NCBI GenBank assembly: GCA_963745075.1
Contig: CAVUWV010000024.1
Span: forward strand, 128,001 to 192,000
DNA from: Candidatus Hydrogenedentota bacterium
GTDB lineage: Bacteria > Hydrogenedentota > Hydrogenedentia > Hydrogenedentales > SLHB01
Reading direction: 5' to 3'
Length of the DNA stretch: 64,000 nucleotides
Both the position numbers and the translations under genes were made by a program. The notes beneath the pieces are model-generated. The model did no database searches, was not told the origin of the DNA, and worked only from the letters and a program-made list of their open reading frames with translations. Below are positions 41,014-51,737 of this stretch, piece after piece. Numbering within the stretch: the first letter of the stretch is position 1; each line of letters starts with the position of its first letter.

Positions 41014-44000
41014 CGGAGCCCTCAGTGAGTTCATTGTAGAGCGCGTTCACGTCAGCATTTTCCGGTGCGAGCAAGAACAGCGTTTCCAGGCACTCGCGTG
41101 CTTCGTCAATGCGCCCGATCTCCCGCAGCACCGTCGCATGGGTGCAGGCCATACCGATATCGCCGGGATAGAACTCGACATAGCGCCGGAGGTGTGGCTC
41201 CGCGTCCGGCAACCGGTCCAAAGTGCGGGCCGTTTCAACCATTCGCATCACCACGGACGGATTGTCCGCCCGCAAGTCCAAAGATTGGGTCAACAACGCG
41301 AATGCATCGTCCAGTCTTCCCTCGGCTAAACGAACCAAACCGAGACTGGCGACGACCCGCCCATTCTCCGCATCGGCCGACATGGCCTCCTCCAACCACC
41401 GGCCCGCCTCCTGGGGACGATTAGCCGCGAGTAGCACAATCCCCAACTCGCCTTTCGTCGCAGCATCCTTCGGATCCAGCCGCAATACTTCCCGATACAG
41501 TTTCTCGGCAGTATCGAGTTGCCCCATCTTGGCCACCGCGCGAGCCATGAGTCTTGCCCGTTCGGACTGGTCCACGCCATGCGCTTCATTCGCGATTCGA
41601 AGAGCTCGCCGGTAGTCCTGTTCTTCCAGCGCCTTCTTAGCACCGATGAGGCGGTCCATTCCCGGCTTTGCCGCGATAACGAGATATTGATACACCAGAA
41701 AATCCCGGTGCTCGTCGTCATTCAGCGGACCGATGCTGATCTTGCCGAGTTTCAAAATCCGATTGGAGTCCAGCGGAAGCCGTTCGGGAGGCCACATGGA
41801 CAGGGGTTGAATCGTCAGCACTTCCAGTCCGGCTTCCTGCACCATCAATTCCATGTCCGGTGCGCAGAAGAACCGAAGGTGCGTGCGGTCCATGATCCCC
41901 GCGTCCTCATATTGCCAACGGCCGTTCACGTGCATCTCGACCGTTTGCCAGAAGCGCACGTTCGGAATGCTCATGACGATGACGCCGTCCTTGGACAGGA
42001 CTCGAGAAACTTTTCGGAGTGTCTTGACCGGTTCCACCAGATGCTCCAACACGTCACCGAACACGATACAATCGAAATAATCGTCCTCGAAGGGCAGTTC
42101 TATTTGCTCGATGCTGCCACAGAGAGCGTCATCGAGGACCTGCTTCGCCAATTCCCACGCCCGTTCGATGATTTCAATGCCCACGACCTCCTTGACGCCC
42201 CGCCGTTTCAGCGCCAAGCCAAATTCGCCGCCGCCACAGCCGCAATCGAGTAGTCGTGTCGTGTGGAGCGGCACATGCTCGGCCAGCTCAGGTCGTGGCG
42301 ACCGGTAATAGCCGCCCTTGAAGAACCGCGACTCGCCCTGATAACCGCCCAGACTGCCGGTCGCTTCGAGCACCATCAAAACGAGTTGCCGCATGCGGTG
42401 CTGGTAGGAGTGTTTGTCCAGGACGAGCGCTTGGCCTTGACGCGCAATGCGATCACGGGTTGCGTGGTCGTCCAAATAGTGCGAAATGAGGTCAACAAGA
42501 TCGTCATCGTTCCGGTAAATCACGAGATGTTCACCATCTTCGAACAGCTCTTCCAGCCCATCCGCTTCATCGGTAATCAACAGCGCCCCCGATGCGAGTC
42601 CTTCGAAAACGCGCATGTTGAGATCGCGATCCACGCACATATTGACCACGATTTTCGCCTGCGCGTAAATTTGCGCCATTTCTTCCGGCCAGAATCGCCC
42701 GATCTTCGAATTCGGATACCGCCCCCGAATAGCATCCAGCAGCCGCCAACGCCGATCGTTCGGATTGCCTGGAACGCCCCCCACGAACGCGACATCATAG
42801 ATCCTGTCCATCGGTCCCACGTCATGCAGTTCCGGTGAACACGCCAGCGGCAACCATGCAACGTTTGGAATCCCGGCTTCTACAAATGCGGGAATGTGCG
42901 CTCGCTGGGCAAGGAAAGTAAAGTCGAAGTTCCGCGCCAGCTCGATTCGGAGATCAAGCGCACGGTGTGTATCAATGAAGTAACCGACGCGCGGCACACT
43001 CAACGTGTGACTGTCGTGCGGAAGTTCACGGATGCCCGAATCGACCCAGAGATACACGTCGGGCGAGAACGACTCCGGCAACTTCCGTATCCGGTCTGCG
43101 AACGTTTCTTTTGCCGACCAGTCAACGTCCGGTGAAGGGTTAGATGGTGGAGGCGTGTTAAAACCCCACTCCCGGAAGAAACCGTCGGGGACGTTCTTTC
43201 CGGCCGATACCACCGTATGGTCTTTACGCAATGCGGCGTCGATGTACCGGCCGGTGGTCAGGGGCGAATGGAGGTATTCTACGAGTAGTTGAATTTGCGG
43301 GAACGGTTCGGCGTCGCTGGCTACACTGACATACGTTTTGCGTGCGACCGCGTTCTCGAGAGTTTCCCGCCAACGTTGCGCGAAGGCATCCAAAGGAAAC
43401 TTCTGCGCAACCGTCTCTCGGCCTTTCGCCCCGATTCGCCGGGCCAATTCAACGTCCTTCAACAGTTCGTTTACGTACTCTCGAAGCTCTTCCACCTCAC
43501 CGGATGCGAATCCATCGATACCGTGGGTAATGGGCGAGGTCCGGTTTGTTAGCGAAACGACGGGCATTCCGCATGCCATCGCTTCCAGTGTAGAAAGGTT
43601 GTACCCGTCCTCATACTCTTCGCGGGTCACGTGAAGCAGACACCGGAGCCGGCGATAGGCGGCAAGCAAATCGTCGAAGGATTTCGACGGATTCGCGTGC
43701 GGAATATCAGGGTCAAATCCCACGACCCTGTTTGGAATTCCCGCACACACCGCCTCTTGAAACCCTACGTCGAACATCCGATCGCGGGCACGCATCGAGT
43801 TTCCCACGCGCAGCACTTCGGCCACCTCGCCCGTGTAGCCGCCATACTCGGAAACTTTGAGCCCTGGCGGAATGACCTCGCCGGGGAGTCCGTAATCGTC
43901 GCGCTTGGATTCCGAGATAAAGACGAACGAAAAATGGTCCCGAATCCGGTCCAGCACTTTCTTGTATTGCGCCTTCCCCTTTTTAAAATCGTTGTCGACC

Positions 44001-44308
44001 GTTGTTTCCAGGTACGAACGACGGTTATGACAAACGAGAATGCAGGGAATACCGCAGTCCAGCAGATCGATCGCGTTCAGCTCATTGTGCGCCACGACAA
44101 CATCGTACGCGCCGTTCTTCAGTCCTTCGCGCCAGGTCCGTTCGTTGACAAGGTCGATAGTCGACGGGACAGGCCGATAATGGGTATGCCAGGGACGTGC
44201 GAATCGGGGTTTCTCGTAGAGCCCGACCGTCAACGGAACGCCGATTCGGGCCATGAGGCAGATATACGGTTCGTGGAAGTTAAAGGTCAGGACACGGGGG
44301 CTCGACAT
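40997..44308 (-). CDS. Multidomain GT4-like + CgeB-like GT + SAM methyltransferase + TPR protein
   Basis: LEAMACGMPVV; NMRVFEGLASG..HSYQHR; LDCGCGGG, DVLEHL, GIMDRTHLRFF; C-terminal TPR-like helices. Confidence 0.82.
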   Translation of the reverse strand: MSSPRVLTFNFHEPYICLMARIGVPLTVGLYEKPRFARPWHTHYRPVPSTIDLVNERTWREGLKNGAYDVVVAHNELNAIDLLDCGIPCILVCHNRRSYLETTVDNDFKKGKAQYKKVLDRIRDHFSFVFISESKRDDYGLPGEVIPPGLKVSEYGGYTGEVAEVLRVGNSMRARDRMFDVGFQEAVCAGIPNRVVGFDPDIPHANPSKSFDDLLAAYRRLRCLLHVTREEYEDGYNLSTLEAMACGMPVVSLTNRTSPITHGIDGFASGEVEELREYVNELLKDVELARRIGAKGRETVAQKFPLDAFAQRWRETLENAVARKTYVSVASDAEPFPQIQLLVEYLHSPLTTGRYIDAALRKDHTVVSAGKNVPDGFFREWGFNTPPPSNPSPDVDWSAKETFADRIRKLPESFSPDVYLWVDSGIRELPHDSHTLSVPRVGYFIDTHRALDLRIELARNFDFTFLAQRAHIPAFVEAGIPNVAWLPLACSPELHDVGPMDRIYDVAFVGGVPGNPNDRRWRLLDAIRGRYPNSKIGRFWPEEMAQIYAQAKIVVNMCVDRDLNMRVFEGLASGALLITDEADGLEELFEDGEHLVIYRNDDDLVDLISHYLDDHATRDRIARQGQALVLDKHSYQHRMRQLVLMVLEATGSLGGYQGESRFFKGGYYRSPRPELAEHVPLHTTRLLDCGCGGGEFGLALKRRGVKEVVGIEIIERAWELAKQVLDDALCGSIEQIELPFEDDYFDCIVFGDVLEHLVEPVKTLRKVSRVLSKDGVIVMSIPNVRFWQTVEMHVNGRWQYEDAGIMDRTHLRFFCAPDMELMVQEAGLEVLTIQPLSMWPPERLPLDSNRILKLGKISIGPLNDDEHRDFLVYQYLVIAAKPGMDRLIGAKKALEEQDYRRALRIANEAHGVDQSERARLMARAVAKMGQLDTAEKLYREVLRLDPKDAATKGELGIVLLAANRPQEAGRWLEEAMSADAENGRVVASLGLVRLAEGRLDDAFALLTQSLDLRADNPSVVMRMVETARTLDRLPDAEPHLRRYVEFYPGDIGMACTHATVLREIGRIDEARECLETLFLLAPENADVNALYNELTEGSDESGS

Positions 44309-44310
44309 CT

Positions 44311-44937
44311 TCAGCCGGCCTGGCTCTGCGTCCGCTCCCGTAACAGCGCGACGATCTCTGTCTCCACTTCGGCTCGCGGCGCCAGTTCATATTCGAGCAG
44401 ATCGCCCAGCAGGATCAGATCGCCGGATTCTAACGCTCCCGCTGCCTCCGAGAGGTACTGATTCAGCTCGTCGTGGAGCGCGGCTACATTCTTGCCGTTA
44501 ACCTCCACCGAATCCAGCTTGAGCTCAAGCGCATTTGCCACGAGCATCTGGCGGGATTTCACGTCCGCCCACAGTTCCGCCAGCCGCTGAAACGGCTCGA
44601 ACCCTTCTTCGGGCGCTTTTCCCTGAAAGACCGCCGCGAGTTCGTGGCACGCCTTGGGCAATTCCGGGAGAGTTTCCGTCAGATCTTTGAGACTACCTTC
44701 CACGAGTTCCGCGATGCTGGCAGATTCGACTTCCAGCGCGGTCACGTCGTCGAGTGACTTTCCTTTCAGGGAGTCCAGGAGCTTCTCCGGGGCAATGTTG
44801 TGACCGTCGGTTCTTACCGCGAGGATGGCGCGGCCCTTGTTTTGAAGGAAAGCGCTCACTGCCGCCACCGCAGCGAGCACATCTTCAGGTTCCCCTTGCA
44901 GCCTGAAGTCGCGATTCCCGTCCACAATGACATCCAT
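44311..44937 (-). CDS. Conserved hypothetical helical protein
   Basis: Clean ORF between csrA and the GT gene; D...L.DLLEYEL motif of the kind seen beside flagellar glycosylation genes. Confidence 0.65.
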   Translation of the reverse strand: MDVIVDGNRDFRLQGEPEDVLAAVAAVSAFLQNKGRAILAVRTDGHNIAPEKLLDSLKGKSLDDVTALEVESASIAELVEGSLKDLTETLPELPKACHELAAVFQGKAPEEGFEPFQRLAELWADVKSRQMLVANALELKLDSVEVNGKNVAALHDELNQYLSEAAGALESGDLILLGDLLEYELAPRAEVETEIVALLRERTQSQAG

Positions 44938-44951
44938 GTCCGACGCCCTTT

Positions 44952-45173
44952 CTATCGAGGAATGAGATTCGTGATACCTTCGACCTTCGTCACGGATGCG
45001 GCCTGTGCGTTTTCCGCCTGAATGGCGTCGTACACTTCCTGCCGATGCACGGCCACGGACCGCGGCGCAACTATCCCAATCTTGACCTGATTCTCTTTCA
45101 AGTCGAGCACCTTGACGATGATGTCGTCCCCGATCATGATGCTCTCGTCTTCTCTACGCGTCAGAACGAGCAT
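44952..45173 (-). CDS. csrA: Carbon storage regulator CsrA
   Basis: [18 protein letters not shown]...[19 protein letters not shown]. Confidence 0.95.
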   Translation of the reverse strand: MLVLTRREDESIMIGDDIIVKVLDLKENQVKIGIVAPRSVAVHRQEVYDAIQAENAQAASVTKVEGITNLIPR

Positions 45174-45621
45174 TCGTGACCTCCTGGGGCTCTCCCTTTT
45201 TCGCCTCGGCGAGATAGAATTGTATCGGATACGCGCTCCGTTCGAGGATTGTTTGTTTGCCGAGCCGTTGTTTTCGATTGATGAGAATCGGTGCGCGCAG
45301 GTTCGTCCGCACCTTGGAGGGATCCTGCGGCACGACAATCAGCGTGAATACATCGAGGTCGTCCGCGTTGCCCACCGCCAACTCGGATAATTCCTGTTGC
45401 CGCAAGTCCACGGCGTAATCCGGAACAATGGCCCGGGGATCCATCAAAATGAATGCAAGGTCCGGCGAATCCGTCGATTGGAGCCATGTCAGGTGTTCGC
45501 TGGGGCCGGGCAGCAGCACATACCGCCGGAATTCCTGGAAACCCAGAATGGGCTGGGTCAACGTGATCACCGACTCCGGATCGATTTCCTGCGTGCCAAA
45601 TCGCGTGGTTTCGAGTTTCAT
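45154..45621 (-). CDS. fliW: Flagellar assembly factor FliW
   Basis: TTRFG, ILGF, WLQS...[18 protein letters not shown]...GKQ; overlaps csrA. Confidence 0.92.
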   Translation of the reverse strand: MKLETTRFGTQEIDPESVITLTQPILGFQEFRRYVLLPGPSEHLTWLQSTDSPDLAFILMDPRAIVPDYAVDLRQQELSELAVGNADDLDVFTLIVVPQDPSKVRTNLRAPILINRKQRLGKQTILERSAYPIQFYLAEAKKGEPQEVTNARSDA

Positions 45622-45740
45622 GCCCACCTGTATCAAGCGTTGTGCAAGTCCCGACACCGTCTCAGTATGCACGAAACCCGCAGCGCACGCAACCCCTTGC
45701 GTAGTATGCCTCTAAGAAAAATGGTTCCGGTCCCCATGGT

Positions 45741-46973
45741 TCATTTTCCCGCGAAGTACCGGGCGACCTTCCGGATCGCCTCCGCAATATCGTCGATATC
45801 CTGTTCCCTCATGAACTCGGTAATGGGCGACCGCCAACTCGTTGCCTCAATCGCTTCGGCTACCGGACACAGCCCCGGACCGTATTCAATCTTCCGGCCG
45901 TACACACCGTCCCAGGGATACGGACAATCGTGATAGGCGTGATGCTCCGTCAGCACCGGGTACTCATACACCATCCGCTGGATATACCCCGGCGTGACCG
46001 GCACCCCTTCGGCCGCCACCGCCTCGACGAATTCGTCCCGCGATACGCCCAAGACCTCTGGGTCCATACGACCCAGGTAAAACCAATACGAACTCTTACA
46101 GCCGTTTAACACCTTGTGCGCGTGAATCCCCGGGATGCCCGCGATGGCCGCGGTCAACCGGTCGCCAAGCACGTTCCGGCGTTCGCAGATGTGGGGGAGT
46201 TTCCGAAGCTGCGCGATGGCCACGGCGCCGTGGAGTTCGCTGGGCCGGTAGTTGGGCGCGAGGATCTCCGGCCGCCGGCCCGATCCGTCCCGGCGATAGC
46301 CTTTGTCGAGATACAACCCCGCCATTTCCGACAGGGTGTCGTCATTGGTGATGACCATCCCGGCGTCGCCGGCGCTGATATGCTTAAAATCGTTCAAGGA
46401 GAAACACCCGATGTCGCCCATCGTACCCGCGAGCTTGCCCTTGTAATAACAGAGATAACTCTGCGCGCAATCCTCGATAATTTTCAGGTTGTGCTTTCGC
46501 GCGACCGCCAGAAGCCCGTCCATGTCCGCAGGATTCCCCGCCAGATGAACCACCATGATCGCCTTAGTTTTGTCTGTGATGCACTTCTCGACGCTCGCGG
46601 GTGTAATGGCGTAGATGTGCGGGTCCAAATCCGCGAACACCGGAACCCCACCCTGGGCGAGAATAGAAACGACGGTCCCCTGGTCGGTGATCGGCGTCGT
46701 GATCACCTCATCGCCCGGGCCGATTCCCATCGAAGCCGTCGCCACGTGCAACGCCGCCGTCCCGCTCGTTACCATATGGCAGTGTTTCATGCCGTAGAGT
46801 TTGGCGAACTGCTTGCGGAACGTCTTCACCTTCTCGCCGAACCAGTAGAAGAGCGTCTGCTGATCCAGCGCCTCCTTCAGTTCCTGCAGTTCCGTATCGT
46901 CAAACCGTTTGCCCGTGGTGACCACCGGCTCGGTACGTACGGGTTTGCCCCCATGAATGGCCAACGTACTCAT
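45741..46973 (-). CDS. DegT/DnrJ/EryC1/StrS family PLP aminotransferase
   Basis: LAIHGGKP, SGTAALH, IIEDCAQS, FSLNDFKH. Confidence 0.88.
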   Translation of the reverse strand: MSTLAIHGGKPVRTEPVVTTGKRFDDTELQELKEALDQQTLFYWFGEKVKTFRKQFAKLYGMKHCHMVTSGTAALHVATASMGIGPGDEVITTPITDQGTVVSILAQGGVPVFADLDPHIYAITPASVEKCITDKTKAIMVVHLAGNPADMDGLLAVARKHNLKIIEDCAQSYLCYYKGKLAGTMGDIGCFSLNDFKHISAGDAGMVITNDDTLSEMAGLYLDKGYRRDGSGRRPEILAPNYRPSELHGAVAIAQLRKLPHICERRNVLGDRLTAAIAGIPGIHAHKVLNGCKSSYWFYLGRMDPEVLGVSRDEFVEAVAAEGVPVTPGYIQRMVYEYPVLTEHHAYHDCPYPWDGVYGRKIEYGPGLCPVAEAIEATSWRSPITEFMREQDIDDIAEAIRKVARYFAGK

Positions 46974-47022
46974 CTGTATTCTCCTGATTACAATCCGGGT
47001 TGGCCCGCTACTAATCCTTCCT

Positions 47023-47257
47023 CTCGTGCTCGTAATCGTTATCGTACTCGTAATCGATGAACACTGGATACTACACGTAACCCCGCGGAGACTCCCACAA
47101 GGTTACTCCCTCAAATCTTCGGTTCGTGTATTCGATTACGATTACGAGTCGGCATGAAAGGGCCTTTCGCCCTGAACTGATGAAAATGGAGTATCCGTCT
47201 CTTGCCCGACACGAAGAGAGACGCGCCTCAGTAGGACGGGAATGATTCCCGTCCTAC
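47023..47257. repeat. Inverted hexamer tracts plus a near-perfect GTAG palindrome
   Basis: Six (C/A)TCG-core hexamers at 47023-47058, three inverted hexamers at 47131-47148; GTAGGACGGGAATGATTCCCGTCCTAC at 47231-47257. Confidence 0.65.
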
Positions 47258-47388
47258 AAGAACATCCGGTTTCTAAGTAGTGATTCTCGGAGTAGTACGA
47301 ACACGATTACGACTGAAATTCCGAGGTCAAATCGACGCGGGATTGAGCATGTGACGTATGTTAAAAGCCTCCTGTGACATCACGCTCC

Positions 47389-47787
47389 TTACTCCAAGAA
47401 TCGCGACTTCAAATCCGGTGTCGGCACCATGCATTCGTCACGCTTGCCGAACCACGAATAGCGATTGCGAGCGACGAAGGTATATACCCAATCCCGCACA
47501 AAACGTGGGATCACGATGAACGCGTAGGCAAGTCTTCCAATCCCGCCAAGTCTCCGCAGTATGCGCAACGCAGCCGTCGATTTCGTGAATACCGCATCAT
47601 CGTCCACCAACACCATTGTGTCGAAATCTTCAGTCGGCAGGTTGTTGCGTCTAAGGACATCCTGCCCTGCGTCCGACTGGAGGCTGGCAAACCGGAACAC
47701 GCTATCGGGATCGCGCTTGATGATAAACTGGACCGCGCCGTTGCACAGGTTGCAGACACCGTCGAACAATATCACCGGGTGGTCCAT
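47389..47787 (-). CDS. DCC1-like thiol-disulfide oxidoreductase (YuxK family)
   Basis: ILFDGVCNLCN, FASLQS, RNRYSWFG...CM. Confidence 0.9.
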   Translation of the reverse strand: MDHPVILFDGVCNLCNGAVQFIIKRDPDSVFRFASLQSDAGQDVLRRNNLPTEDFDTMVLVDDDAVFTKSTAALRILRRLGGIGRLAYAFIVIPRFVRDWVYTFVARNRYSWFGKRDECMVPTPDLKSRFLE

Positions 47788-47793
47788 GAATCC

Positions 47794-50700
47794 TCAGTCG
47801 TGCCGCGGCAGTCCGTTGCCCCCCGAAAACCAGAGCGTTTCCTCCCCCAGGAGGTCTTCGATTTGTTGGCTCAATTCCGCACAAGCCGCGACTTTGCAGG
47901 CATCCGTCGCGTGGATGGTCACATCTTCGTGCTCCGGCGTGACGCAGTGAAGGTACACGTCGCACTTTCCCGGTCGCGCGCCAAGGATTTCCGCCAGCCG
48001 CTCCAGGAGGACATCGTCCAGACCGACCGTCGTGAGCCGTATATGGACTGCGCGGGTTAGCTTGCCCTCAGCATCTTCAATGGGGACGAGGTCTTGCGCA
48101 ATCAACCCCGCCTCGTCATTGCGGAAATTGACCGTCGCCACCAGCATGATGGCCATGTCCGTTACCAGGAGCCCCGCCTTCTGCTCGTACAATTCGGGGA
48201 AGACCGTAAACTCAACGGGTCCCTCCAGCGATTCGAGCGTGGCGAACGCCATTTTCTTATTACCCCGCGCCGTGATGTGCTGTTTCACGTTGCCGACCAG
48301 GCCGCCAAGAACCACCTCGGTGCCCTCACGCAGCTCATTAAGAGACGCGAGACTATGTGAGGTATACCGATCGAGGATTCGCGCGTGCCGGGCCAGTGGA
48401 TGGCTGCTTACGTACAGGCCGAGCATTTCCTTTTCGAATGCCAGCAGCTCGTTCTCCGGCCATTCCGAGATGTCGGGCTTCTGGTGCATCGTTTCCGCCG
48501 AGTTGTCTTCGCTACCCATTAGATCGAGTAAGGAGGTCTGTCCGGCAGCACGCTCCTTCTGACTGATTTGGCCCTCGCTCATGGCTGCATCGAGCATGTG
48601 CTCCACCTGCCGCCGGTTCCAGCCCGTGCTGGCAAGTGCGCCCGCCTTGTTCAAACTCTCGATCACGCGCCGGTTCACGTTCCGGCTGTCGATACGGCTG
48701 CAGAAATCGAAGATATCCCTGAACGGTCCGTTCGCGTCCCGTTCCTTCGTGATAGCGTCCACCGGACCACCGCCCACGTTCTTGATCGCGCCGAGTCCGA
48801 ATCGGATACGATCGCGCTCGGCGGTGAATCCGATGTAGCTGCCATTCACGTCGGGCGGCAGTACCTCGATTCCGAGGCGCCGGCACTCTTCAACGTAGAT
48901 GCCGACCTTGTCCAGGTTCCCCGATTCGCTGGTGAGCAGGGCCGCCATAAACTCGGCGGGATAGTTCGCCTTGAGAAATGCAGTCTGATACGCCACGTAC
49001 GCGTAGGCCATGCTGTGGGACTTGTTGAACCCGTAGCCCGCAAACTGCTCGATCTTGGCGAACAGCGTCTCCGCAAGTCGCAGGTCGATACCGTTTTCCT
49101 GAGCCCCCGCGACAAACTTGTCGCGTTGCTCGGCCATGAGATCGGCCTTCTTCTTCCCCATGGCCCGGCGCAGAATATCCGCCTGACCCAGCGAAAATCC
49201 GGCGATCGCCTGCACGATCTGCATGACCTGCTCCTGGTAGAGGGCCACGCCGTAGGTCTCGCGCAGAATGGGTTCCAGAAGCGGATGGTCGTATTGAACC
49301 TTCTTGGGGTTATGCTTGCTCTCGATGTACTGATCCTTGAGCTGCATCGGCCCCGGCCGGTACAGCGCGATGAGGGCGCAAATCTCTTCCAGGCTTTGCA
49401 ATCCGATACGCTTGGCCAGATCGCGCATGCCCGAACTTTCAAGCTGGAACACCCCCATCGTCTTGCCGGACCGCAGCAGGGCGTAGGTCTTCTTGTCGTT
49501 GGGTTCCAGGTTATCGATATCGAGATCGATGCCCCGGTTTTCCTTGACGAACCGCGCCGCGTCATGCACGACCGTCAGCGTGCGTAGACCCAGGAAGTCC
49601 ATCTTGAGCAGACCGACTTCCTCGACCCCCTTCATCTCGAACTGTGTTGCGACAACGTCGCTGCCCGCCGCCTGGAACAGGGGGACGTGGTCGGTCAGGG
49701 GTTGATCGCAGATTACGACGCCCGCCGCGTGGGTGCCGCAGGTGCCGATCGTGCCCTCAAGGCGTGTGGCGAGATGCCACAAGCGCTGGACCTCGGCATC
49801 CTCCTTGAGGATTTGCTGCAATTCCGGTTCGCTCTCCAGCGCGCTCTTTAGTGTGACCTTCGTTCCGGGGTCGTCCGGGATCAACTTGGCGATGCGGTCC
49901 ACGTCGCCATACGGCATGCCCAGCACGCGGCCCACGTTGCGGACCACCTGCTTGGCTTTCATCCGGCCGAAGGTGATGATCTGGCTGACGTTGTCCGCCC
50001 CGTATTTCTCCCGCGAGTACTCGATGACTTCGCCGCGGCGGTTGTAACAGAAGTCGAGGTCGAAGTCGGGCATGGTCACGCGGTCGGGGTTTAAGAAACG
50101 TTCGAACAGCAACCCGTACCGGATGGGATCGATATTCGTAATCTTTAATGCGTAGGCGACGAGACTTCCCGCACCCGAGCCACGACCCGGACCCACGGGG
50201 ATCCCCTTGCTTCGTGCGTGGGCGATGAGGTCCCATACCACCAGAAAGTAGTCGACAAATCCCATGCCTTCGATCACGTCTAGCTCGAAATCCGCCCGCT
50301 TCGAGTGCGCTTCCGTGGGATTGCCGTCATAGCGGTCTTCGAGTCCGAGTTGAACGAGTCGGCGCAGATATTCCTCTTTGCCAAGACCGTCCGGCGGTTC
50401 GTACCGCGGAATCAGATGGGCGCCGAGTTCGATTTCGATATTGCACCGGCTTGCAACCTTGACCGTATTCGCAATCGCCTGGGGATACTCCTTGAATCGC
50501 TCTTTCATCTCCTCGGCGCTGCAGAAGTAGAACTCGTTCGTCGGAAACTTGAACCGATCCTCCTGATCCAACGTGGCCGCGGTCTGGATGGCCAACAGCG
50601 CTTCGTGGGGTTCCGCGTCGTCCTTGTCCGTGTAGTGGCAATCGTTGGTCGCGATGAGCATCAACCCGTGATGCTCGGCCATCTCGGCGAGATAGGGATT

Positions 50701-51264
50701 GATCTTGCGCTGCTCGGGTAGGCCGTGGTCCATGAGTTCGATGAGAAAATTGTCGCGGCCGTAGATCGCCACGTACTTCTTGATCGCCTCGTTCGCCGCG
50801 TCCAGGTCGTCGTTCATCAGGAACTGCGGAATCTCGCCCGCGAGGCACGCGCTGGTCGCGATGATTCCTTCCTTGTGCTTTTCCAACAGCTCAAGATCGA
50901 CGCGCGGCTTGTAGTGGAAACCCTCCAGGTAACCGAGCGAGCTCAGGCGGCACAGGTTGTGATATCCCGCGTCGCTTTCGCAGAGCAGCAGGAAATGGTT
51001 GTTTGACCCGCCCGGTGTGCGTCCCGCCCGGTCGAAGCGGCTGCCCTTCGCCACATAGAGCTCCGACCCGATGATCGGCTTGATCCCGGCCTTCCTGGCT
51101 GCCGAATAGAAATCCAACGCGCCGAACAACGCGCCGTGGTCGGTCAACGCACAGGCCTGCATGCCGTACTTCTGGCACCGGTCGATCAGTTCCGAGACCT
51201 TGCTGGCGCCGTCCAGCACGCTGTACTCGGAATGGACGTGAAGATGAACGAATCCCGCACTCAC
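47794..51264 (-). CDS. dnaE: DNA polymerase III alpha subunit
   Basis: HLHVHSEYS PHP domain, GPGRGSGAGS, PDFDLDF, GLLKMDFLGL, YGFNKSH; no intein evident. Confidence 0.97.
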   Translation of the reverse strand: MSAGFVHLHVHSEYSVLDGASKVSELIDRCQKYGMQACALTDHGALFGALDFYSAARKAGIKPIIGSELYVAKGSRFDRAGRTPGGSNNHFLLLCESDAGYHNLCRLSSLGYLEGFHYKPRVDLELLEKHKEGIIATSACLAGEIPQFLMNDDLDAANEAIKKYVAIYGRDNFLIELMDHGLPEQRKINPYLAEMAEHHGLMLIATNDCHYTDKDDAEPHEALLAIQTAATLDQEDRFKFPTNEFYFCSAEEMKERFKEYPQAIANTVKVASRCNIEIELGAHLIPRYEPPDGLGKEEYLRRLVQLGLEDRYDGNPTEAHSKRADFELDVIEGMGFVDYFLVVWDLIAHARSKGIPVGPGRGSGAGSLVAYALKITNIDPIRYGLLFERFLNPDRVTMPDFDLDFCYNRRGEVIEYSREKYGADNVSQIITFGRMKAKQVVRNVGRVLGMPYGDVDRIAKLIPDDPGTKVTLKSALESEPELQQILKEDAEVQRLWHLATRLEGTIGTCGTHAAGVVICDQPLTDHVPLFQAAGSDVVATQFEMKGVEEVGLLKMDFLGLRTLTVVHDAARFVKENRGIDLDIDNLEPNDKKTYALLRSGKTMGVFQLESSGMRDLAKRIGLQSLEEICALIALYRPGPMQLKDQYIESKHNPKKVQYDHPLLEPILRETYGVALYQEQVMQIVQAIAGFSLGQADILRRAMGKKKADLMAEQRDKFVAGAQENGIDLRLAETLFAKIEQFAGYGFNKSHSMAYAYVAYQTAFLKANYPAEFMAALLTSESGNLDKVGIYVEECRRLGIEVLPPDVNGSYIGFTAERDRIRFGLGAIKNVGGGPVDAITKERDANGPFRDIFDFCSRIDSRNVNRRVIESLNKAGALASTGWNRRQVEHMLDAAMSEGQISQKERAAGQTSLLDLMGSEDNSAETMHQKPDISEWPENELLAFEKEMLGLYVSSHPLARHARILDRYTSHSLASLNELREGTEVVLGGLVGNVKQHITARGNKKMAFATLESLEGPVEFTVFPELYEQKAGLLVTDMAIMLVATVNFRNDEAGLIAQDLVPIEDAEGKLTRAVHIRLTTVGLDDVLLERLAEILGARPGKCDVYLHCVTPEHEDVTIHATDACKVAACAELSQQIEDLLGEETLWFSGGNGLPRHD

Positions 51265-51737
51265 TGCAATTGCTCCAACAACAGTTCAAGGGCCTTCTCG
51301 GCCGTCTGTTCTTTAATCGATTCCCGGGGCCCCGTGAAATGATTGCACAGAACGTGCGTCTCCCGCGCACCCGCCACCGCGATGTAGACCAGCCCCACGG
51401 GTTTCTCCTTGGTACCGCCGGTCGGACCCGCTATGCCCGTTACGCCGACGCCCCAGTCCGCGTCGAAGCATTTCCGCGCACCTTGGGCCATTTGCCGCGA
51501 CACCGTCTCGCTGACCGCGCCAAACCGGTCGATGTCGTCAACGGATACGCCCAATAAATCACTCTTGGCCTCGTTGCTGTACGTGACCACCCCGCCCAGA
51601 AAATAGCTGGAAGACCCCGGCACATTCGTGATGCGATGCGCTATAAGGCCCCCCGAACAGGACTCCGCCGTGGCCATCCGCTGGCCCGACATGGTAAGCC
51701 GCTCCCCCACAAGTACTTCCAGCTTATTCGTCGGCAT
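51261..51737 (-). CDS. pncC: Nicotinamide mononucleotide deamidase (CinA C-terminal / PncC)
   Basis: TAESCSGG, PGSS, GAVS, TGIAGPTGG..KPVG. Confidence 0.85.
   Translation of the reverse strand: MPTNKLEVLVGERLTMSGQRMATAESCSGGLIAHRITNVPGSSSYFLGGVVTYSNEAKSDLLGVSVDDIDRFGAVSETVSRQMAQGARKCFDADWGVGVTGIAGPTGGTKEKPVGLVYIAVAGARETHVLCNHFTGPRESIKEQTAEKALELLLEQLQ

Noticed and set aside
47023..47315. CRISPR array
   Set aside because: The repeats are hexameric and inverted, with no regular repeat-spacer period and no cas genes.
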